Below are positions 13,401 through 22,075 of a DNA stretch of 64,000 nucleotides, in pieces. Numbering within the stretch: the first letter of the stretch is position 1; each line of letters begins with the position of its first letter. This DNA comes from a virus, in the IMG/VR virus record IMGVR_UViG_3300045125_000040, positions 1 to 64,000 of that record. The stretch is one strand, 5' to 3'. The notes under the pieces were generated by a model. That model did not search any database, was not told where the DNA came from, and saw only the letters and a list, made by a program, of their open reading frames with translations. The translations under genes were made by a program, and so were the position numbers.

Positions 13401-14393
13401 CATAGACAGCAGCACGAACCGTGATCTTAAGCTTTAGCCATGATACTTCTCCTTACGAGAGTAAGACCCCTGCCCTTCTTTGGGCGAACGATCCGTTGTT
13501 TGAACATACCAGATTTCAGTTCTTTTGCAGCAGGTTTTTCATCACCATTCCCCATTATCTTTGTAATTCCAAGGTTCTATAGCGGCATCATCAATATTTC
13601 TACACGTTCTATTGTATAATAATAAAATCTGCCAAGAGTTTTTCTCGATGTTTCAGCTTGAGCTTTTTCACATTTTTCTAATGATGTGTAAACACCAAGC
13701 AAAATAGACAATCATGAAACCTGCCACCGAACAAAATATAGGTTGTCATCACCATTCTCCATTATCTTCATTTTCTCTTACAGCATCATATGCTTTTTGG
13801 CTGTCACAAGTTCATCCATAAGAATATCCTGCATCCACGGAGGAATGTCAAGAGGCTCATTGTCGCCATCCAGAAACAGACGAATATCATCAATCTGATA
13901 TTCAATGCCTTCAGCAGGATAACAATCTTCTGGTAATCCATAAGTTCGTGCAGGATATCCAGGTGACGTTACTGTATAGTCAAACTCAATCACGAAGTCC
14001 GTATTGAGAAAACATTCACACATTCTTGCTGTAGCCATTGTGTCCTCCATGATTTGTTATCGCACATCACTCATGAGATGTCAATCATCAATTCTCTCTT
14101 CACCGAAAAAATTCAGATATTCTTCATTCGTCATAAGTTCTTCACAATATGCCCACAGATCGCCATCCTGCCATAGACGCCAAATCTTGCCTTCATCATC
14201 ACGATAGATGGCATTATCAAGAATGCTCTGCCATGCATCCCAATAAAACTCATTATCTTCTACATCTGGACCTAAAGCACAAATCTCACGATCCTCATAG
14301 TTTACATCCCACAAGTCAGCATGATCCTCTACAAAATATTTGGGAATGTAGACGCCATTACGATCAGCAAGAATCAATTCTATTCCAGACATA

Positions 14394-14953
14394 TTATTCT
14401 CCTTTGCCCCATTGATTTGCCATAGCATCAGCGATGCCGGTGAATGTTCTGCTTCGTTCTTTCCACCTGTTTTCTCCAGGAGGCATTTTATGTATTCTTT
14501 GCTCTCTTCCTTCGACTATATTAGTAGGAATGAGCGGTGTCAAACCCTTTAACCACAGACATGTTGCTTTTGTTTCACCATGCCCGAATTGCCATGGCTG
14601 AATAGTCTGATCTGGTTTTCGCCATAGTGAAGACATAATACATACAGGATTTTCTATGGCGATCTTTGGAATGTCAGCCTTGGCAAGCATCATAAAGAAA
14701 GAGACAGCAGATTGTTGTCTGCCATCCATTTTCTTTGCTTCAAAATGCCTTGCGCCACTAACAGAAAGATGAGTGCAGGAGTGATGTGCTATCATTAAAT
14801 CCCATGGATAATCAAGCACATCCCTCACATCTCCCTTATAGTGAGGTCCAGGTGTCTCTGTTTCCAATAGATCGCATGACATAGCATCATGCCCTAATGC
14901 TATAAAGCATTTCGAACAATTCCACTATATTCACATGCAATCAATACTTTCAT
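14394..14953 (-). CDS. phage DNA cytosine methyltransferase-like protein (MKVLIACEYSG family), frameshifted near the start
   Basis: MKVLIACEYSG, SCDLL, WDLMIAH..CTHL, IAIENPV, QPWQFGHGETKATCLWL, RSRTFTGIA. Confidence 0.75.
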
Positions 14954-15671
14954 TATTCTACTTCCGTGTTTTCTACATTGAACCATTCATTTTCAATGTT
15001 ATTCCAATAATAATCCGTTGTTTCTTCCAATGTCTGTGGTTTTTCTACACCACGAAATTCATTGAAAAAGTATTCTTCTGCGATAGATTGACGCCATCCC
15101 TCAACCTTGTCTATATGGTCAAACACTCGCACATCCGTTCCATAACGATGTTCATAAATTCCTACATAGACTTTCATGACTATTCTCCGTTACGTTCGAA
15201 TGAATAACCTGTATAGCATGTGACATCTTCTGTCAAGAGCTTATCAGGGGTATCATTGATATATTCATGCACAAGCATGATTGCTACAGGACTGTATGTC
15301 CAGTGCTTTGCTGTTTTTACTTTGTTTGCATTATTGGCATAATACTTCTTAGCTACTTCTTTTAGCTTATTAAGGTTTACTTCGCCAGCCATCTTAACCT
15401 CCATACAGAAACAGTAGACAATACATGAATAGTGATACAGTGGATGCTGCAACACAGAATACGAAGTTTAGTTCTTTATCCCAATCCTGATACATAGTTT
15501 ATTCTCCTGTATATTTCATCCCCACAGTTCTATTATACTCTCCACAGAATATTTGTCAAGTTAATTCTGTGTAATGTGGTGAAGAAAGATGATCGCAGAT
15601 ATTGTAGACATAAAGAATGTTGCGATCATGCCCCGAATGAATGCGTCCATGACTGTTCTCCTTTCATATGC

Positions 15672-15742
15672 GACAATACAGCAAAAAAAGATCGTGTCAA
15701 TAGCATTTTGTGGTTGACTTGTGATTTTTGTTCTCTATAATG
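15672..15742. promoter_or_regulatory. back-to-back early promoters at the switch from leftward to rightward transcription
   Basis: Minus strand TTGACA-N-TATTGT and plus strand TTGACT-tgtgatttttgttctc-TATAAT; ORF orientation flips here. Confidence 0.7.
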
Positions 15743-18700
15743 AGTTCATACAAGGAGAGAGAACATGGATCGCACAAACTGGAGTTTTTCTTCCTACATT
15801 GAGGAAATTATTCTTCTATCAGAAATCATAGAAATTCCTGGTATTATAGAGAAAAGGGTTGAACTGCTGAAAGAAGTCTGGTATAAGTTTCCTTGTGAGT
15901 GTGAAGCCATGGGGCTTCGTGATGGTCTGACTACCAATTAGCGATGTTTTGACTACCAATCAGCGGAGAAATATGATGGACGAAGATATTCTTGTCAAGT
16001 TGCTAAACCGCACTCAATGGTCAGATAATTCATATGATGTAGAAGCGTTTGTTGCTGCCTCAGATGAAATCAGACTCTTGCGTGAGGCGTTGAAGCCGTT
16101 TTCTGAATTGTTCCTTTATCCTGATGATTTGGGGGATGAACATGCAGAAGACATCCGCTCTGATGCTGATTGGGACGACGACGCAAACGATATGCAAACA
16201 GAGAATGTTTTTGTTTTGCGCCGTGATATTCGTCGTGCCAGAGAATTATGTAAAAACATGTAATAAAGTTGTTGACTTGGCTGCGTGATCCTGTAGTATG
16301 TGAGGACAAACAAGGAGAAACAACATGTCGCTTTCCAATCTGAATGAAATTGATGAGAAGATCAAGGAACTCACGATTGCGCTTCGTGAGGATCATGACT
16401 ATGCATATGTCTGTGGTTATATGGAAAGCTTTTTCTCACGAGTTGTTCGTGCATATGTTCCTGCCAATCGTCATCATGAACTGATTGAACTTCTTGATAT
16501 GCATCTTAACATGAATAACGAGGGAGAATAATAATGAAACCCACATATGAAGAAATGCTGAATGGTAATGTTCGCTGGCGTGAAAAGCACAGGGAGGTTC
16601 ATATTGAACTATCTTTTCATGGATATCGTCGTGGTGAGTTTCAATCAGAGGAACATGGTGTTACTATCTTCTTCTGGATCAGCGCATGTTTAATGTGGAT
16701 GATTGGAATATGCTAGTGATGGAAAAAAAAAAAGTTGTAGAGCCATATGGACATATTTCATATGCTTATTATAAGTTTCCTGATGTTGATTTTCATGGTG
16801 GTATTACTTTCTATGATATCACTGAACATTGGGATAGTAAAAAGAGAGAGACATATAATATAATCAAGGTGGGATGTGATTACAATCATTATTGGGATGA
16901 AGAGAGAGGATATCCTGATACATATGATAGCGTTCTACGTGATGCCAAGGATAGCGTAGATGAATTGTTGGCTCTTGTCAACACTATTACAAAGCTTCGT
17001 TGTGCCTGGTCTGGTATTTGGGATGATGCAAGAATGTTTTATGAAGGCAATAAATGGTAAAATGGTTCACAAAAGTATGCTTGACGATTTAAAACAAAGC
17101 GATTATGGTGATTGGCTTCCCTAAAGGAGAATAATATGTTAAAACTACGCATGGATCAGGAAGATATGGATGATCTGCATGAGGATATGCATAATCTATA
17201 TGTAAAGTATTATGATAGATATAAAGAGAGGTATGAGACTGATCTTGAACTTGAAGGCACTATTGCTGTGTCTATGCTTGAGATTGTTGAGGGTATGAAT
17301 GATGTTCTTATTGACAAGAACATTACTGGTGTGATAAAAAGTTCTTTGATGGAGAATGAAAATGACAGTATTCTGGGTAGTGTTAATCATTGTAGTATCA
17401 ATCGTTTTGGCTCTGGCTTTTGGTGGTAGAGGTCGCAGAAATGGAGTAGGATAATGACACATGAAGACGCACTGGAACTGATTAAGATCATTAAGTCTAT
17501 TGACACGGGATTATTCAACATTTGGATGATCCTCATGGCGCATATGTTTATATCAGCAATGAAGGGATAATGCAAATGAAAATCACCATTCCTATGCCTG
17601 ATGTGAGTATGTGGCCCATTTTTATGTCAGAGGGCTTTATTGTGCTTGCATTGGTCATAGGATGGTGCTACTATTATTTACTGGCTCGTTATGGAACAAT
17701 GAGGATCAAATGAAATACATTCTAATAATCTCTTACATTTATAGTTCGCATGGTGTTTCTATTACTAATGCTGAATATAATAGTAAAGAAGCATGTGTGA
17801 AAGCAGGACAAGAATTTAATACCGCCGCAAATGGTATTCTTAGCTCTGTTTACTACTCCTGTTCGCCCAAGGGAGAATGAAATGACAAAGATTACTAAAT
17901 CAGTCACAGTAGAAGACCATGTGTCTATTGATTGTGTGGATTTGGAAGCATTTAGACGTGAAATTGATGATTGGATTAAACAATATGGATTCTAATGCAT
18001 TTTTTACATTCGAATCAAGTATTTATCATGATGACGATGTTCTGGTCCTCAAGGCGGTGCGTGAAGAGACGGATGAAGAATATGCTATTCGAATGAAAAA
18101 AAATGAAGAATACAGGCTAGCACAAGAAGAAAAAGATCGCAAGGAATTTGAGCGATTAAAGGCTAAATTCGGAGAATGAGATGACTCGTGATGAAATGAA
18201 AGATAAAATTGAAGATATTATTTTCAGTAAAGCAATAATTCATAACGAATATGGAGAAGATTTCTGTGTGGAAAACTTTTCAGAACTAGCAGAAGAGAAT
18301 TCTAAAGGTTGTATTAGGAGAATAAAAATGCTTGACATTAACAAGTATGATCCGCTATACTTGTATCATCGTATTGATGCCTGTTCATCAATAGTTGAGG
18401 CATATAAGCTAGTGTATCAGTGGGTCAAGCAGGATCATATCACCTATAAGGAAATGGGTGATCTGATTATCTATGCACATGATTATTTTCACCATGGGAT
18501 GAAGTGACATGAAGATCAAGACATATAAAACAGTCAAGCAAGAGGTTGAGATTGAGGTGGATGATCGCATCTATGGTCCTGATACCTCTGATGCAAGAAA
18601 TACCTGGATGATTGCAAACATTATTTTGAATGGTTGTCTACCAAAAATGGTTGACAGTCTTTATGGGCAAGAGTATAATGATATCATCTTCGTTTGTGAT

Positions 18701-19538
18701 AAGATCAATGAAGCCTTTCAAAAGGCAGATAAAATCCTGGAGATTATGAAATGAGCAACTGGAAATATACACTCAACTTTCGTGATCTTATCACAGAAGA
18801 AACCCTCAATGAGGATCAGTCAATCATTCGGTGCGAAGGCTATGGCTACACGCTTATCCTCATTCATCAATGGGTTTGATGATAAGGATGATGATTATAT
18901 GGTATATGGAATTGTGGGATGTTTATGAAATGTTAAATGACTCTATTTCTGTGGATGAAATCAATGAGGGTCTGGATGCATTATATGATGCAGCAGATAC
19001 ATATAGAATTTGGATTAAGTGAGGGAGAATAATATGCACATCTTCTTTAAGATTTTCTTTCCTGCTTTTATTGTTGTATGGCTTGCGATTGCAGGAACAG
19101 TAGTGTATTACAAGTATGAGAGAGCATGATCTTATGAGTGGCCTGTGCTGCTTCTGGTGATCCCAAGAGTAAGAGAATGCTTTCAGTATGGTGTGTATAT
19201 TGGCAATCTTCGCACTGTCAATATGAACAGTTACTAATGGAGAATAATATGTCAAAGATTAAGGATATACTTCATAACACTGACTATGACCTGGCGGATG
19301 AGATTACAATTGCTAATCTTCTTTCCTCCTATGATAATATACTTCATAATGAGGCGCATTCTAAACAGCATCCAGATGATGTTGCTTATTATGAAGAAAT
19401 GAAAACCGCCCTTAGAATGGTCATCAATTACTATTCTGTGAATGGTGATTATCTAATTGAAAAACTAATTCAAAATAATAAGGATAAGGTTGCATCCAAA
19501 CTAGCCAAATATCGTATTGCTACTATGGGGGAATAGTA

Positions 19539-19808
19539 ATGAATAAGGAACTAACAATCAAGTCAATTGAGGATGTATTAAGACGCTTTGTTACATTGGA
19601 ACACTATAAGGATAAAAGATATGCATATGGATCAAGTAGAGTATATAATACATATGACATCGCAGAAGAGATTTACAACACAGTGACCAAGGCAGAGACC
19701 AAAGGTCAGACCAACTCATTGACCAACATAGTGACCAACTGTGCGACCAGCGGAGTGACCAAGGCAGGGACCAACCCTAAGACCAACGTCAAGACCAAAA
19801 AGAAATAA
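19539..19808 (+). CDS. hypothetical protein whose 3' half is a 12-bp repeat array (Thr every 4th residue)
   Basis: ORF track; VTKAETKGQTNSLTNIVTNCATSGVTKAGTNPKTNVKTKKK. Confidence 0.6.
   Translation: MNKELTIKSIEDVLRRFVTLEHYKDKRYAYGSSRVYNTYDIAEEIYNTVTKAETKGQTNSLTNIVTNCATSGVTKAGTNPKTNVKTKKK
19685..19798 (+). repeat. 10 x 12-bp phased array with invariant GACCA core
   Basis: GACCA at 19685, 19697, 19709, 19721, 19733, 19745, 19757, 19769, 19781 and 19793. Confidence 0.95.
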
Positions 19809-19842
19809 TTTGCGTAATAATGTTTCATATTTGTTCTCTAGA

Positions 19843-19858
19843 TGTTTCACGTGAAACA
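19843..19858. promoter_or_regulatory. parS: parS (ParB-binding centromere-like site), perfect consensus
   Basis: TGTTTCACGTGAAACA, a 16-bp palindrome identical to the bacterial chromosomal parS consensus, in a non-coding region. Confidence 0.85.
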
Positions 19859-20059
19859 CCTGTGCGTAGTGTGGAACATAGTGCGAACAATGTGCGTATA
19901 TTGTGCGTATATTGTGGGATTATAGTCCATAATAGTGGGAAAATAGGTCAGTATTGCTGAGCTTAATTAAAAACCCCAAAATAAAAATGTTTAGTGCGTA
20001 GTGGTCCGGGTGTCATCAGCCTCCCACAAAGAACCACAGAAGTCAACAGTTAAATATTA

Positions 20060-20068
20060 TTATCCACA
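20060..20068 (+). promoter_or_regulatory. consensus DnaA box
   Basis: TTATCCACA in an AT-rich non-coding context about 200 bp from parS. Confidence 0.5.
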
Positions 20069-20170
20069 ATATTATTTTTCCCCCATAAATTCAGTGAGTT
20101 ACGATGGTTCACGGTGGTTCACTGTTTGTTCTCTCTTGACAATAATGGGGAACTGTGCATCACTGTATAC

Positions 20171-20408
20171 AATTGTGGTCCAATGGTGAAGCTATAGTTT
20201 ACAATCATATGGTCAAGATGACGTTGACATTCATATAGCCAAGCCACAGTTGACATTCGAATGGTTAAGCTAGCGTTGTCATTCATATGGTTAAGGTCAC
20301 GTTGTCATTCCCATAGTCTATAGGACTAGTGAAGTATACAATCAAACTATAACGTGGCCATTGGAATGGTTAAGCTATAGTGTTGTCATACGATATGGTC
20401 TAGCTTGT
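20171..20408 (+). repeat. tandem ~26-bp degenerate repeat array (about 8 units), consensus GTTGWCATTCRWATGGTYAAG-N5
   Basis: Units start at 20197, 20223, 20249, 20275 and 20301 (exact 26-bp period), with degenerate units at 20171, 20354 and 20382. Confidence 0.9.
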
Positions 20409-20569
20409 GTCTGTTTCCATTCCCTATAGTTGCACAAATTGAGAACGATGATATTGCCTGAAATTTGTGCAATTCAAAAATCATATTGCCTAAAATTTGT
20501 GCTTTACTGTTTTCCGCTTTTCGTGCTAGGATTTTTGCATGGTTGGCTCTAATATGAAAGGCTTCCACT

Positions 20570-21409
20570 ATGCTTTACGATTTATCCCGGCTTTCGCCCG
20601 CCTTGCGCTCTGAAGTTGAAAATTCGCCGCAATGGCGTCGCTTTTTTTCCGCTTTCCCGTCGAAAATGGTTGCATTTTCTGGTGATGCAAAAACGGTTAA
20701 AGGCGAAAAACAAGCCTATTTGACGGGAATTCTATACTTAGTTTCGTCTGATATTTCCGGCGCTAACCTTTGTCCTATAGCGAAAATTGCCGCTTGCGAT
20801 TTACCCTGTTTACTTTCGGCGGGACGTGGCGCAATGAATTTCGTTTTCATGTCACGCCTTAGAAAAACACTGTTTTTCCTGCAATACCAGGAAAAAGCAA
20901 TAGCCCTGATTAAACAGGACATATCCCGCCTGGAAAAAACAGCCATGCGTAAAGGCTTTACCTTGGTTTATTCGCTTAAACGGGACAAGCGATATACGCT
21001 TCGAGCGATACGGGATTATTCAATCTTTCCCGCATATCCAATTCTATGATTATTCTAAACTAGTTAATCGCCATAGTCTACCGGGAAACTATGATATAAC
21101 CTTTTCTTATAGTGGTGTCGAATCTTTCGCCAATTTTAACGCAATTGCTGCAATCAAAAACATATGCGTATTGCGGTCGTATTTCGTTCCCGTGAACTAG
21201 TGGACAGCCTTATCAATAATGGCGCTACCTTCGTAATGATATGCCAATTATTGACAGGTGACGAAACCGATTTGACGCTTTCTTGAGCCGCAAGGCGTTA
21301 TCGTGGCGCTTTATGCCAAGGCAAGGCAAAGCGAGACGGAAGCGGCTTTGTAATAGATGAAAATAATCCCATGATAAAATATCCTGAAAAAAATGCTCTT
21401 GCCGCATAA
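20570..21409 (+). CDS. GP88-family protein, frameshifted
   Basis: KTVKGEK, ILYL, NLCP..C..PCL..AGRG, RLNGTSDI, IQFYDYSK, NYDITFSYSG and IAVVF motifs; ends ...KNALAA*. Confidence 0.8.
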
Positions 21410-21478
21410 CCTGCCACAATTTCGCCATAATTTAGGGTTACAGTCTGAAGAATCAAATCTAGCAGAGAGGAAAATCCA

Positions 21479-21733
21479 ATGGTTACGTTTAACGAAAGCA
21501 CCCTGGTAAAGTATCTTGAAACCGCCCCGAACGGCCTTTCCATCGGAGAAGCCTTTGTCAATTGGCAAATCAGCGGCGGGCATTTAACGAAAATTGTTTC
21601 CAATGCTCGCAAGGCTGGCCACTATATTGTGAAGCAATGGCGTATCAATCCGGTAACAAAACGCCGCTATGCCCGTTACCATATGGTCCCCGTGACTTGC
21701 GCCGCTTTGCGCTATATTAACGGCAAGGCGTAA
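21479..21733 (+). CDS. small winged-helix-like putative DNA-binding protein
   Basis: ORF with GAGG RBS; LVKYLE..SIGEAF..LTKIVSNARKAGHYI..NPVTKRRYARY pattern resembles phage HTH proteins. Confidence 0.55.
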   Translation: MVTFNESTLVKYLETAPNGLSIGEAFVNWQISGGHLTKIVSNARKAGHYIVKQWRINPVTKRRYARYHMVPVTCAALRYINGKA

Positions 21734-21790
21734 CAATAGCAGGGCGGGAACTAATCCCGCCCGGTTTCTCTCTAATGAAAGGTTAAGCTT

Positions 21791-22035
21791 ATGTCATACA
21801 ATGGTTGGACAAATTATGAAACGTGGCGGGTCAATCTAGAATTGATTGACGGTTTGCGCCCTGGTGATTTTACTGAAAACGTAGGGCGAATTGAAAGACG
21901 CAATTAAGGAATATTGCTTTTCATATCTAGAAGATAATGCCAGCGGCGGCATTAGACTTGGCAATGGCGTTTCTGTCCAATGTAAACTGGGATGAAATTG
22001 TTCGCAATCTAATGGCGGAAGAAAACGCCGCCTGA
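21791..22035 (+). CDS. conserved small phage early protein (YNGWTNYETW family), frameshifted
   Basis: MSYNGWTNYETWRVNLE...FLSNVNWDEIVRNLMAEENAA*; not whole in the ORF track. Confidence 0.7.
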
Positions 22036-22047
22036 TAGTAAACGGGA

Positions 22048-22075
22048 ACGGGCAGGTTTAGGCTTGCCCGTTTCT
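22048..22075 (+). terminator. intrinsic terminator closing the GP88 cassette
   Basis: ACGGGCAGG-TTTAGG-CTTGCCCGT followed by TTCTT. Confidence 0.6.

Noticed and set aside
15929-15965. Tandem GACTACCAATYAGCG duplication
   Set aside because: Only two copies at a gene end; most simply a local duplication with no further support
20001-20189. Short ORFs in the parS/DnaA-box region
   Set aside because: No RBS, atypical composition, and they overlap the repeat and motif region; treated as non-coding
20171-20408. CRISPR mini-array
   Set aside because: Only about 5 variable bases between degenerate, non-palindromic repeats and no cas genes; kept as an iteron-like array instead
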